DNA from: Treponemataceae bacterium
GTDB lineage: Bacteria > Spirochaetota > Spirochaetia > Treponematales > Rectinemataceae
Direction of reading: 5' to 3'
Assembly: GCA_963677895.2 (NCBI GenBank)
Contig: CAXXGJ010000002.1
Location: forward strand, 341,083-405,082
DNA length: 64,000 nt
The translations under genes and the position numbers were made by a program. Position 1 is the stretch's first letter, and every line of letters starts with the position of its first letter. The notes below the pieces were generated by a model, which was given only the letters and a program-made list of their open reading frames with translations, was not told where the DNA came from and did not search any database. This document shows positions 19,730 to 29,132 of the stretch, in pieces.

Positions 19730-20245
19730 TCAAGAAATGATGTAATCGATAAAAAGCTCGACATCTTCGGGTCTGAAAGCCTTGATATTCCTGGCTTCGG
19801 CCAGTTCCAGCATAACCTTCTCGCGCGCCACGAGGATGTCGATGTCGGAGAGAGGGCGCTTTATGGCCTTCTCCTCGGTTTCGGCGCCGGCGACGAGAAC
19901 GCGGAGAGCTCCCTCCGCGGCGAGGCCTTCGCAGAAAATGATCGACGCCAGGGGGCACAGCGCGGCAATCGCGCCCGCGTCCATCGGGGCGGGAGGCGCG
20001 GTGAGCACTACCATCTCCGATTCGCTCAGATAAATGGAAGGATTCGCTCCCGCGGCATGAAATCGCGCCGAATCCTTGGTGTCGGGGGGAAGATCGGCCT
20101 CATGCCTCGATTTCTTGATTGCCGCGGCGCTTATGCCGCGTTTCGAACACTCCTGGAGCGCCGATTCGATGAAGGTGGTCTTGCCCGTGCCCGACCAGCC
20201 GATAATGGATACGATTCTTGATGGACTCTTCACTGTATTCCTCAT
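19730..20245 (-). CDS. mobB: Molybdopterin-guanine dinucleotide biosynthesis protein B-like P-loop protein
   Basis: IVSIIGWSGTGKTT, AIKK..H, KDSARFHAAGA, IFCEG. Confidence 0.8.
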   Translation of the reverse strand: MRNTVKSPSRIVSIIGWSGTGKTTFIESALQECSKRGISAAAIKKSRHEADLPPDTKDSARFHAAGANPSIYLSESEMVVLTAPPAPMDAGAIAALCPLASIIFCEGLAAEGALRVLVAGAETEEKAIKRPLSDIDILVAREKVMLELAEARNIKAFRPEDVELFIDYIIS

Positions 20246-20258
20246 GTCATCGCGTTCT

Positions 20259-21485
20259 TCATGCTACGGGGGCTTTCAGCGTGATTTTTAGCCTCGTTCC
20301 GGCGGCAAAGCCGAAACTGTTTTCGCCCAACCGTTTTTCCAGCGCCTCCGCTTCGATGCAGTCCCCACGGCAAAGCGAGAAGAAGCCGGCGCTATCGGCG
20401 CCTGAATCGCCCCTTTTGGCCGATACCGTGGCGAGTCCCGAAGCCGTGCATACAATATACCGTACCCTGCCGGCTTTGTTGAGCATGGATTCGGAGACGA
20501 TCCTGCCCGCCAGTCGATCGCTGACGATTGGCTTGGCTTCGGAGAGCAAGACTTTTTTCATGGCGAACCATGTCGCTTTCGCCGAGTCGCGGTCGAGCCC
20601 GGCGGCCCTGGCTAAGGCGGCCACGGGGCCAGTGGGTTCCCAGGGCCAGGAGGAGTGGCAGCTTCTCCCCTCGCCGGCGCTCGCTATCGGGCAATCCATA
20701 GATCCCGGACAAGGCGCCACACAGCTCATCCCTCGTTCCCGGCCCCGTTCCAGCAGTCTGTCTCGCAGGGCGAGCGCCGGCCTGCCCGTCACGTTGGCCG
20801 CCGGCTCAATCACGAGAAGGATCCCCCCGTCGGCCAACTGCCCGAAGGCGCTTTCGAAAAGCCCCGCACGACGCTCGACCGCGTCGTCCTTCTCCTTCCA
20901 CAACTCATTCGCGCTGTGGCAGGCAATTATAAGATCGTAGGGACCTGCCGGGATGTCGCCGTCCTTTTCGAAATTCCTCTGAACCGCGACGAACTCGGCA
21001 CGCAGGCCGGCGACATTCTCCTTCAGCCTCAGCGCCGCTTCCAGCGCCTCCGCGTTGGCGTCTACAAGCGTCACGCTCTCCGCGCCCAGCTCCGCGGCGG
21101 CGAATGAAGCCGGCCCCGGTCCCGCGCCCAAATCGAGGACGCGGCATATTTTCGGCAAGGCTCCTCTCAGGTCGATCTCCCGCAGCGCGAGCGATGCCTG
21201 GACGAAGGAAACGGGCCAGTAATACAGGAGATACGCGCCCAGCAAGTCGGCCCGGGAAAAATACGAAGCTCCCGCCAGGCGTCTGTCGCCCGTAAGGCCG
21301 CGCTGCAGGCTCAGGAGCGCGGCGCCGAAACGATCGAGGGCTGAGGGAGACAGCGCGGAGGAGGAAAGGCCGGATTCCGTCGCTTTCGCGCCGGATCCGG
21401 AATCCCTGCCTGCGGCATGCTTGCCTGCGGCAAGCCGCCCCAACGCCGGATAATACTTCGCGACCTTGTCGCCGATGCCTGTCAT
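20259..21485 (-). CDS. Rsm22/METTL17-family SAM-dependent methyltransferase
   Basis: AYLLYYWP, VLDLGAGPGPAS, LVIEPA, VAPCP...CP...CH; start set at MTGIGDK after AGGAGG. Confidence 0.75.
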   Translation of the reverse strand: MTGIGDKVAKYYPALGRLAAGKHAAGRDSGSGAKATESGLSSSALSPSALDRFGAALLSLQRGLTGDRRLAGASYFSRADLLGAYLLYYWPVSFVQASLALREIDLRGALPKICRVLDLGAGPGPASFAAAELGAESVTLVDANAEALEAALRLKENVAGLRAEFVAVQRNFEKDGDIPAGPYDLIIACHSANELWKEKDDAVERRAGLFESAFGQLADGGILLVIEPAANVTGRPALALRDRLLERGRERGMSCVAPCPGSMDCPIASAGEGRSCHSSWPWEPTGPVAALARAAGLDRDSAKATWFAMKKVLLSEAKPIVSDRLAGRIVSESMLNKAGRVRYIVCTASGLATVSAKRGDSGADSAGFFSLCRGDCIEAEALEKRLGENSFGFAAGTRLKITLKAPVA

Positions 21486-21553
21486 TCTCCCTCCTTCCTT
21501 GCTCAAGATCCCTGCCCTTGTATGCGGGGGATCTCTGGCTTATATTACAATAC

Positions 21554-22990
21554 ATGCACGAACCGCCACCATTACTCATGCAAGCCCTTTTGGCGAATCC
21601 AGACATCGACAAAATGATAACAGGAAGCGGCTTCACCGTCATCGATTTCGTCAACAGGAATATGCTGCTCAGCGATACATGGGAGCAGCTGGGAATCGTG
21701 CGCGATACGCTGCTGGATTTTTTTCCGAGGGGGAAAATCTTCCCCGCCGATCTTCAGGCTTTTGAATCGCTGATAAAAAAGCTGAAATCGGGCGAAATCG
21801 ACATAGGGAAGGGCGAGTTCCGGCTGATAGGGATGGAAGGCGCGATCAACTGGTTTTCCCTGGATTTCTTCGTCCTGGCGAGAGGCGAGAAGGGCAATAT
21901 CACCATGCTCGCCATTCATGATATGGACATCTCCAAGCTGATCGCCGCCCAGGAGGAAATCCGTGAACGCCTTGTGGAGATCGAATCCCTCAAGGATCTT
22001 CTCACCGCGATCAACAAGAGCCTCGATTTCAATGAGACACTCAGCAAGATCATCGAACACTTGCACCGGATAATCCCCTTCGACCGCGCTTCCGTGCAGA
22101 CGCTCCAAGGCAATTTCCTATCGGTTATCGGCAGCTACGGCTATACCGAAACCCTCACCCAAGACCTGAGGTTTCCGATCACCGGCATCGACAACCCATC
22201 GGCGAGAGCGATAGCCTCGCGCAGACCCATAATATGCAACGACGTGGAACACGATTTCGATGGTTTTGTTCAAGTGGAAGGCAGCATCCAGGTGAAATCC
22301 TGGCTCGGCATTCCTCTCGTCTACGAAGGAAGATCGATGGGCCTGCTTGCCCTCGACAGCGCCGAGCGCGGCTTCTACACCAATCAGCACGTGAGAATCG
22401 CTTCCAACGTGGCGGAACACATTGCCATGGCCCTCGAGCATGCCAAACAGCATACGATAATCAAGGAAGAAGCCAGAACCGACAAACTGACCGGCGTCGC
22501 CAACCGCTACGGTCTGGAGACGATGGGGCAGGACCTCTTCGGGAAGGCTTATAAAGAAGATCAGCCTATGGGCATCCTCATGCTCGATATTGATCATTTC
22601 AAGATCGTCAACGATACCTTCGGCCATTCCTTTGGCGACCAGGTGCTCAGATCCATGGCCACGGGCATTTCCCAATGCCTGAGGATAAAGGACTATCTGG
22701 TTCGCTATGGCGGCGAAGAGTTCGTCATTCTCCTTCCCGACACCACGACCCGAGAAGCCCTCGTCGTAGCCGAGCGTCTCAGGAAGAAGATTCCCCTCAT
22801 CGACGTCGACGGCAGCCATACATGCCCGACGGTGAGCATTGGCGTGTTTTCCGGCGTGCCCGGACCTCAGGACATATTGCACGAGTTCATCCGGCGAGCC
22901 GATCTGGCCCTCTACGATGCCAAGGAAGCGGGGCGCAACCGTTGCCGCGTATGGAATCCCAAGCCCGAATATTTCGACAAGAAAATCTGA
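21554..22990 (+). CDS. GAF domain-containing diguanylate cyclase
   Basis: GAF (SWLGIPLVY..GLLALD), TDKLTGVANR, DIDHFKIVNDTFGH, RYGGEEF, ADLALYDAK..GRN. Confidence 0.9.
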   Translation: MHEPPPLLMQALLANPDIDKMITGSGFTVIDFVNRNMLLSDTWEQLGIVRDTLLDFFPRGKIFPADLQAFESLIKKLKSGEIDIGKGEFRLIGMEGAINWFSLDFFVLARGEKGNITMLAIHDMDISKLIAAQEEIRERLVEIESLKDLLTAINKSLDFNETLSKIIEHLHRIIPFDRASVQTLQGNFLSVIGSYGYTETLTQDLRFPITGIDNPSARAIASRRPIICNDVEHDFDGFVQVEGSIQVKSWLGIPLVYEGRSMGLLALDSAERGFYTNQHVRIASNVAEHIAMALEHAKQHTIIKEEARTDKLTGVANRYGLETMGQDLFGKAYKEDQPMGILMLDIDHFKIVNDTFGHSFGDQVLRSMATGISQCLRIKDYLVRYGGEEFVILLPDTTTREALVVAERLRKKIPLIDVDGSHTCPTVSIGVFSGVPGPQDILHEFIRRADLALYDAKEAGRNRCRVWNPKPEYFDKKI

Positions 22991-23058
22991 GCCGCGGAAG
23001 CCGCAATCTACGCACTACTCGCGCACCCCACGTTGCCCGCGCCGCCTCGCGCCGCAAA

Positions 23059-23811
23059 CTATTTTTTCAGCAGATCGAGATAGGCTCCGTAGCCGCGATC
23101 CGCCATTTCCTCGGCGGGTATAAAATCCAGCGAAGCGGAATTTATGCAGTAGCGAAGCCCGCTGGGTTTGGGACCGTCGTTGAACAGATGGCCGAGATGG
23201 CCGCCCGATTTCTTCGCCCTTACCTCGATCCGATTCATGCCATATGACAAATCCTCGACGAGGAGGACGGCGTCCTTGTCGATGGGCGTCCAGAAGCTCG
23301 GCCAGCCCGTGCCGGACTCAAACTTGGTCGAGGAGAGGAAAAGCGCGCTGCCGTCGATCTTGTCCACATAGATTCCAGCCCTGTGGTTGTCCCAGAACGC
23401 GTTCTGGAAGGGCGGCTCCGTAGCCGCCTGCACGAGCACGTCGTATTCCTCCGGGCTCAGTTTTTTCTTGAGTTCCTCGGTGGGCTCTATATAGCAGACG
23501 GTGGCCGCCTGTTCTTCGGTGTAGATCATGAGTTCGCCTCCTGGCGCGCCGACGGTCGCCCGCAAAGGCGCCGGTTCGGTTGATGTCTTCGAGGGCGCCG
23601 GCTCGGTGGCTGCTTCTAACGAAACCGGCTTGGTGGCTGCTTCTAATGAAACCGGCTCGGTGGCCGCCGCCCTCTGTCCCATGCAGGAAACCGAGATCAG
23701 CGAGACTCCGAGGATCGCGAGAACCGCGAAGAAAGCGGCGCGGAAATGTCCGCCCAGCCATCGTTCCGAAGCCTTTCGTCCTTCATTCGCTTCGTTTAGC
23801 TTCTCTAACAT
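23059..23811 (-). CDS. msrB: Peptide-methionine (R)-S-oxide reductase with N-terminal lipoprotein-like signal and repeat linker
   Basis: TEPPF, KFESGTGWPSF, HLGHLFNDGP..GLRYCINSASL; hydrophobic segment ending ISVSC. Confidence 0.9.
   Translation of the reverse strand: MLEKLNEANEGRKASERWLGGHFRAAFFAVLAILGVSLISVSCMGQRAAATEPVSLEAATKPVSLEAATEPAPSKTSTEPAPLRATVGAPGGELMIYTEEQAATVCYIEPTEELKKKLSPEEYDVLVQAATEPPFQNAFWDNHRAGIYVDKIDGSALFLSSTKFESGTGWPSFWTPIDKDAVLLVEDLSYGMNRIEVRAKKSGGHLGHLFNDGPKPSGLRYCINSASLDFIPAEEMADRGYGAYLDLLKK
23571..23668 (-). repeat. About 3.5 copies of a 27-bp in-frame tandem repeat in the msrB linker
   Basis: ccggctcggtggctgcttctaacgaaa / ccggcttggtggctgcttctaatgaaa units encoding ATEPVSLEA, ATKPVSLEA, ATEPAPSKT. 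Confidence 0.85.
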
Positions 23812-24004
23812 AGTGGAAATAATATACTGCTAAATATTAATATAGTGCGCCCGCATCACAGAATAAATGCGCGGCCGCTCCATCGTAATTGCGCGCCCGC
23901 TTTATCCGAAAACCGCTAAGATGCCGACCGCTCCCATTTTCCCCCAGGCCCGCTTTCATGGTATACTTTAGGCGATCGCCGAAGACTCAACGAGGAGTAG
24001 TCCC

Positions 24005-24415
24005 ATGGAACCGCAACCGGGCATCGTTCACGAAAAAACGATCACCGTGGAACCGAGGCATATCGCTTCCCACCTGGGATCAGGGGGAGTGCCCGTCTAT
24101 GCCACGCCCTCGATGGTCCTCCACATGGAAGAAACCTCGCGCGAAGCCGTCGACCACCTGCTGGGCCCTGGCCGCGCCACGGTGGGCGCCTTCATGGGCG
24201 TGAGGCATCTCGCGCCGACGCCGCTCGGGTTTAAGGTCAGGATCCGTTCCGAACTGGTGAAGGTGGAAGGAAGGATACTCACCTTCAAGGTCGAAGCCTG
24301 GGACGAGGTCGAAAAGATCGGCGAAGCCGAACATGTCCGGGCCGTCATCGACCTCGCGCGTTTCGGCGAAAAAATCGAGAAAAAAAGACTGCTCGCCATC
24401 AAGGCCGGCGGTTGA
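24005..24415 (+). CDS. Hotdog-fold thioesterase, fluoroacetyl-CoA thioesterase (FlK) family
   Basis: GSGGVPVYATPSMVLHMEE, TVG..VRHLAPTPLG, IGEAEHVRAVID. Confidence 0.88.
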   Translation: MEPQPGIVHEKTITVEPRHIASHLGSGGVPVYATPSMVLHMEETSREAVDHLLGPGRATVGAFMGVRHLAPTPLGFKVRIRSELVKVEGRILTFKVEAWDEVEKIGEAEHVRAVIDLARFGEKIEKKRLLAIKAGG

Positions 24416-24425
24416 GGAGCCGCGA

Positions 24426-24926
24426 ATGACGCTGGAAGAATTGTCCCGCCTCGACTACGAAGGAGCCAGGGAACTGCTTTTCGCCTATACGACCGATATC
24501 AAGCGTCACGACAAGGATATCGAAGCCCTCAAGAAGGATGTCGCCCTCTGGACCTCGAGGGTGAGCCTGGCCGAAAGCAAAGGAATGGCCGAACTTGCGG
24601 CGGGCGCCCGCGAACAGCTGGGCCAGCTGGAAGGCCGATTGTCGGAAATAGCGGCGTCGAGGGCTGAGCTGGAACGCGACGCCGCGAGGATCAAGGAAGC
24701 GATGCCCGGGATGAAGGCCAAGCAGAGGAGCATCGATCCTGACCAGCTTCAGGCCGAGCTGTCCATGATGACGGGCGAGGCTCTCGAACCCGAAAAAGCC
24801 AAGCTGGAGCGCGAACTGGACGCTTTGGCCAAGGCCGGCTCCTCCGAGGATCCGCTCGAGGCGCTTAAACGCAGGATGGGCCTTGTCCCCGAAGGCGGCC
24901 AGGAAAAGCCCGGGCAGGGCGCTTAA
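24426..24926 (+). CDS. Coiled-coil protein, short PspA/IM30-like
   Basis: GAGGAG RBS; W..RV.LA..KG..ELA..A segment and C-terminal LERELDAL...LEALKRRMG resemble PspA. Confidence 0.6.
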   Translation: MTLEELSRLDYEGARELLFAYTTDIKRHDKDIEALKKDVALWTSRVSLAESKGMAELAAGAREQLGQLEGRLSEIAASRAELERDAARIKEAMPGMKAKQRSIDPDQLQAELSMMTGEALEPEKAKLERELDALAKAGSSEDPLEALKRRMGLVPEGGQEKPGQGA

Positions 24927-24940
24927 GCCCAATGCCGCAT

Positions 24941-25729
24941 ATGCGTCCGCCATTATTGCCCGATTTTCCCCGTCCCCTCGTTTTCGCCCACAGGGGGCTT
25001 TCGACTATCTATCCCGAAAACACGATGGCCGCTTACAGAGGCGCCAGGGATGCCGGCATTCCCGGCATAGAACTCGACGTGCACCTGACGAAGGACGGAA
25101 AGCTCGTCGTGTTCCACGACGACACGACGAAGCGCATCGTCGCGCGGCCCGACGATCCAAGCGGCGCGCTGGCCTTTTCGCTCGAAGGATCCGATTACGC
25201 CTTCCTGGCTTCCCTCGATATCGGCTCCTGGAAGGATCCCGCTTTTTCAGGCGAGAGAATGCCTCTTCTGGACGACGTTTTCGAGGAATTCGGCAAGACC
25301 CAGTATGTCGATGTGGAAATCAAGAGCAGGACGACGGGGGACGCCGGCCTCGAGCGGCTACTTTCCGAAACCATCGCCCGCCACGGCATGGAGAGGCGCT
25401 GCGTCGTCTCTTCCTTCAATCCTTTCGCCTTGCGCAGGTTCAAGACGATCGCGAGGGAAATACCCACCGCCATAATCTGGTCCAGGTCAAAGGAGCTCTA
25501 CGCCTTCCTGCGCCGAGGCGAGGGGCGGTGGATCGGCAACGTCGACGTCCTCAAGCCCGAACATGTCCTTCTTAAGCACAAGAGGCTCTTTGCCGAGCTC
25601 AGGCGTCCCGTCCTTCCCTGGACGGTCGACACGGAGGCCGATGCCGAACGCGTTCTGGCCTCAGGGGCCGCCGGCATCATCTCCAACTGTCCCCAGAAGA
25701 TCCGAGCCTGGCGCCGAAGCGGCGGCTGA
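24941..25729 (+). CDS. Glycerophosphodiester phosphodiesterase
   Basis: FAHRG, PENTMAAY, IELDVHLTKDG..VVFHD, VEIK, SSF, WTVD, GIISN. Confidence 0.92.
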   Translation: MRPPLLPDFPRPLVFAHRGLSTIYPENTMAAYRGARDAGIPGIELDVHLTKDGKLVVFHDDTTKRIVARPDDPSGALAFSLEGSDYAFLASLDIGSWKDPAFSGERMPLLDDVFEEFGKTQYVDVEIKSRTTGDAGLERLLSETIARHGMERRCVVSSFNPFALRRFKTIAREIPTAIIWSRSKELYAFLRRGEGRWIGNVDVLKPEHVLLKHKRLFAELRRPVLPWTVDTEADAERVLASGAAGIISNCPQKIRAWRRSGG

Positions 25730-25769
25730 CGCGCTTTCCAGGCCTCTGCCTCAGGTTCAAGCCCCCGGC

Positions 25770-27491
25770 TTAGCTCTCTATCTCGTGGATATGGCGGGCG
25801 AGGGGCAGACGTCTGCCGATGCCGAAAGCGCGCTTCGAAACCTTGATCGTCGGCGCGGCTTGGCGCCGTTTGTATTCCGCCTTCGCCGTCAGCCCGAGCA
25901 CCTTCAAGACCAATGACCTTTCGAAACCCTTGGCCACGATATCCTCGAACGAAGCGTCCTCTTCGATATAAAGGCGCAGAATGCCGTCCAGCAGATCGTA
26001 TTCGGGCAGGCTGTCCTGATCCTTCTGGTTGGGCCTGAGCTCGGCGCTCGGGGCTTTCTCGATGATGGGCAGCGGAATGGGTTCGGGTTTTCCGGCCGCC
26101 GCGGCCAGCTTGTTCAGATGCCTGGCGAGCGCGAAGACCTCCGTCTTGTAGAGGTCGCCGATGGGAGCCAGGGCGCCGCACATGTCGCCGTAAAGCGTGC
26201 AGTAGCCGGCCGCTATTTCGCTCTTGTTGCCCGTGGTGAGCAAAAGGGCGTTGAACTTGTTCGACCAGGCCATGAGAAGAGCTCCCCTTATCCTCGCCTG
26301 GAGGTTTTCCTCGGCGAGATCGAAGGGGCGTCCGGCGAAGGGAATGGCGAGGAGGTCGAGGTAGGCCTTGAAGGGAGCCTCGATCGAAAGTCTCTCGAGT
26401 CTTATGCCGCCGCGATGGCAGAGCTCGACGGAATCATCGACGGAACCATCGCTCGAGAACCTGCTTGGCATGGTGATGCAGGTGATGTTCTCGGCGCCGA
26501 GGGCTTCGGCGCCCAGGACGGCCACCATGGCCGAATCGATGCCGCCCGACAGACCCAGGCAGGCCTTGGAGAATCCCGATTTTTTCATGTAGTCGCGGAT
26601 GCCGACGACAAGGGCTCGATGGATTTCCTCGATCGCTTCGTCGGAATCCTGCGCGGCGCCGAGGCCGTCCAACAAACCCTCCGACTCCACATCGCTGACG
26701 CGCGCGGTCATCGTGGCGGTGTCGATGGTGAGGAAGGATTCCTCCCATCCGCACATGGCGACCGTCTCGCCCTCGGGCGACACCGCGAAGGAGCGTCCGT
26801 CGAAGACGAGCGAATCGTTGGCGCCGACCGCGTTGCAATAGAGGACGGGGATGTGGCCTTCCTTCGCCCTGCCCCTGGCGAGGGCGAGCCGCGTCTTCAG
26901 TTTGCCCGCGACGAAGGGAGAGGCCGAGGGAACGATGAGAAGGTCGATGTTCGCGTCGAGAAGATCTTTCACCGGATCGACCGCGTACTTGAAGGAGGGG
27001 GAGGGAGGCGCTTCCCACCAAAGATCCTCGCAGATGGCGAAGCCTATCCTGCCCGAGGGAGGCGTGAAGACTTTTCTCGTCCTGGCCGGCTCGAAATAGC
27101 GGGCTTCGTCGAAGACATCATAGGTGGGCAGGAGGGTCTTTTCCTGGGTGAAGACGATTTTGCCGTCGGCGATGACGGAAAAAGCGTTGACCAGGGCGCG
27201 GCCCGACCCGGTCCTGTTCCTGTCGACGTAGCCCAGGGCGACGGCCGCCGATTTCGGGAGATCCCGCTGAAGGAGCCGCAGCGCGGAAAGACTGCCTTCG
27301 ACGAAGGCTTCCTGATCGAGAAGATCCATCGGAGGGTAGCCGCAGAGCGCCAATTCCGGAAATATGAGGAGTTCGGGCTTGCCCGAGGAAGCCGAATCGG
27401 CTATGGCTTTTTTCGAGAGTTCGACGATCCTGCGCGCGTTTCCGGCAAAATCGCCGATGACCGAATTCATCTGAACCAGGGTAACGATCAT
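25770..27491 (-). CDS. nadE: Glutamine-dependent NAD+ synthetase
   Basis: Nitrilase domain (FPEL..GYPP.D, K..LPTYDVFDE.RYF, ICEDLW) plus GLSGGIDS, ENLQARIRG, TTGNKSE, PSAELRPNQKDQDSLP. Confidence 0.95.
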   Translation of the reverse strand: MIVTLVQMNSVIGDFAGNARRIVELSKKAIADSASSGKPELLIFPELALCGYPPMDLLDQEAFVEGSLSALRLLQRDLPKSAAVALGYVDRNRTGSGRALVNAFSVIADGKIVFTQEKTLLPTYDVFDEARYFEPARTRKVFTPPSGRIGFAICEDLWWEAPPSPSFKYAVDPVKDLLDANIDLLIVPSASPFVAGKLKTRLALARGRAKEGHIPVLYCNAVGANDSLVFDGRSFAVSPEGETVAMCGWEESFLTIDTATMTARVSDVESEGLLDGLGAAQDSDEAIEEIHRALVVGIRDYMKKSGFSKACLGLSGGIDSAMVAVLGAEALGAENITCITMPSRFSSDGSVDDSVELCHRGGIRLERLSIEAPFKAYLDLLAIPFAGRPFDLAEENLQARIRGALLMAWSNKFNALLLTTGNKSEIAAGYCTLYGDMCGALAPIGDLYKTEVFALARHLNKLAAAAGKPEPIPLPIIEKAPSAELRPNQKDQDSLPEYDLLDGILRLYIEEDASFEDIVAKGFERSLVLKVLGLTAKAEYKRRQAAPTIKVSKRAFGIGRRLPLARHIHEIES

Positions 27492-27507
27492 GACAGCTCC
27501 CCTTGTC

Positions 27508-28521
27508 TCATTTGATTTTCTTCCTCAACTTTCTGGCTGACATTTTGCTGGCGCTGCGCTGGGCTACCTCAAGGTCTCTCAGGCTGCGTCGTTTCTGCGC
27601 GTTCAGGAAGAGCAGCCCTCCGGCGATCATGAAGAAACAGAGAATCTGCCCCATGGAAAAATTGAGAAGGGTCGTGAAGGTATAGGTAGGGGCATCGGGA
27701 TTCCCGAGCTTGATGATGTAGCCGAGGCCGGAATCGGGCTCGCGGAAATACTCGATCACGAATCGCACGAGGCCATAACCGACAATGTAGACGCCGGAGG
27801 CGAAACCTTCGAAGGGGCGCCGCTTGCGGACGACGAGCCACAGGAGGACCCATAGCGCCAACCCTTCGAATATGGCTTCGTAGAGCTGGGAAGGATGCCT
27901 CGGCAGGTTTACGACGTCGTTCATGGAGTTGAGCGTTATGCCCGCCTTAGCCGCTATCTCCTGAACCCAGGTTTCGCGCGCCGAAAATCTCTCGGCGTAG
28001 GGGAAAACCATTCCCCAGGGGGCGCTGGTCACTTTGCCCCAAAGCTCGCCGTTTATGAAGTTTCCGAGCCGGCCGAAGGTGTAGCCCAGGGGCGCCGCCA
28101 TGGCGATGATGTCGGCCCAGGCCAGCCACTTTTCCTTCTTTACCTTACACCAGATTAGGGTCGCGGCAATGACGCCCACGAGCCCTCCATGGAAGGACAT
28201 CCCCTGATAGCCCACGAAACGTCCCGTCTCGTCGAAGGGCCAAAGGATGAACCAGGGGCGGCGCCAGTAGTAATCGGTCGGTTCGTAGATGAGCGTGCCC
28301 GCGAGCCTTCCGCCGATGAGGACGCCCACGATGGCCCAGAGGAAGAAATTAGCCGCCAACTCTTCGGACCAGGGCTTGCCCAATCGCTTCGACTCGAAGC
28401 GGAAGAGAAACCAGGCCGTGCCGAAAGCGAGAACATACATGAGGCCATACCACCGGAAAGGCAGGCCGGGGATGATCTCTGGCTTAAGCCAGGCAGGGAA
28501 TTCAAGCATTGCCGCCATCAT
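27508..28521 (-). CDS. lgt: Prolipoprotein diacylglyceryl transferase
   Basis: RWYGLMY, GMSFHGG, GRLGNFINGELWG, RHPSQLYE, EYFREPD, SMGQIL. Confidence 0.96.
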   Translation of the reverse strand: MMAAMLEFPAWLKPEIIPGLPFRWYGLMYVLAFGTAWFLFRFESKRLGKPWSEELAANFFLWAIVGVLIGGRLAGTLIYEPTDYYWRRPWFILWPFDETGRFVGYQGMSFHGGLVGVIAATLIWCKVKKEKWLAWADIIAMAAPLGYTFGRLGNFINGELWGKVTSAPWGMVFPYAERFSARETWVQEIAAKAGITLNSMNDVVNLPRHPSQLYEAIFEGLALWVLLWLVVRKRRPFEGFASGVYIVGYGLVRFVIEYFREPDSGLGYIIKLGNPDAPTYTFTTLLNFSMGQILCFFMIAGGLLFLNAQKRRSLRDLEVAQRSASKMSARKLRKKIK

Positions 28522-28985
28522 TGTTCCTTGTTGGGAAGTGTTGTCCCGCCGCCGTCTTTTGCTGGCGCGGATTTCCGGTCATTGCGTGGGAGCGCGCCGG
28601 GTATGATGATGAATCCGCAAAAAACATCGATCAGGAGGGAAGCGAAATACGCCACCGCGCTTTTCGAAAACCCTTGGGCGTCTTTGGTGGCCACCATGAG
28701 CTTGGACAGATCCTTCGCCGCCGGCATCATTATGGCGGCGAGAAAAGCCAGGGATCCCAGCTCGAAAAGCGCAACCAAAGGCCTGAACGATCGGTATCTG
28801 TCTTCATCGAGATAGAGGAAGAAAAAGCAGACTGCCGGTATGATATGGGGAAATATCAGGAAACGCAGGTATGACGAAGAAACGCCGCCGGAATCGGAAA
28901 GCCCTATGCCCACCGCTATGGTGCCGAGGAAAAAGGGCTTGCAGAGCGACAAGACGGCGGCGGCCAGATATTTCAGCTTTCTCAT
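28518..28985 (-). CDS. Hypothetical membrane protein
   Basis: About four hydrophobic segments; stop overlaps the lgt start; upstream TTGACC-18-TAGACT promoter-like motif. Confidence 0.65.
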   Translation of the reverse strand: MRKLKYLAAAVLSLCKPFFLGTIAVGIGLSDSGGVSSSYLRFLIFPHIIPAVCFFFLYLDEDRYRSFRPLVALFELGSLAFLAAIMMPAAKDLSKLMVATKDAQGFSKSAVAYFASLLIDVFCGFIIIPGALPRNDRKSAPAKDGGGTTLPNKEQ

Positions 28986-29132
28986 ACGGACATCAGTCTA
29001 GTGGGCTGTGCGCCGTCGGGTCAATAGACATGGGATGTTCACTTAAGCGCTCGCCATACTATAATCAGGAATCGGCTCGGCGCCGCGGTATGAGGATTGA
29101 CGAGCAAGTCGCCGAACAAGGATAGTTCAACC

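Noticed and set aside
23571..23668. CRISPR-like repeat array
   Set aside because: Contiguous in-frame 27-bp units with no unique spacers and no cas genes
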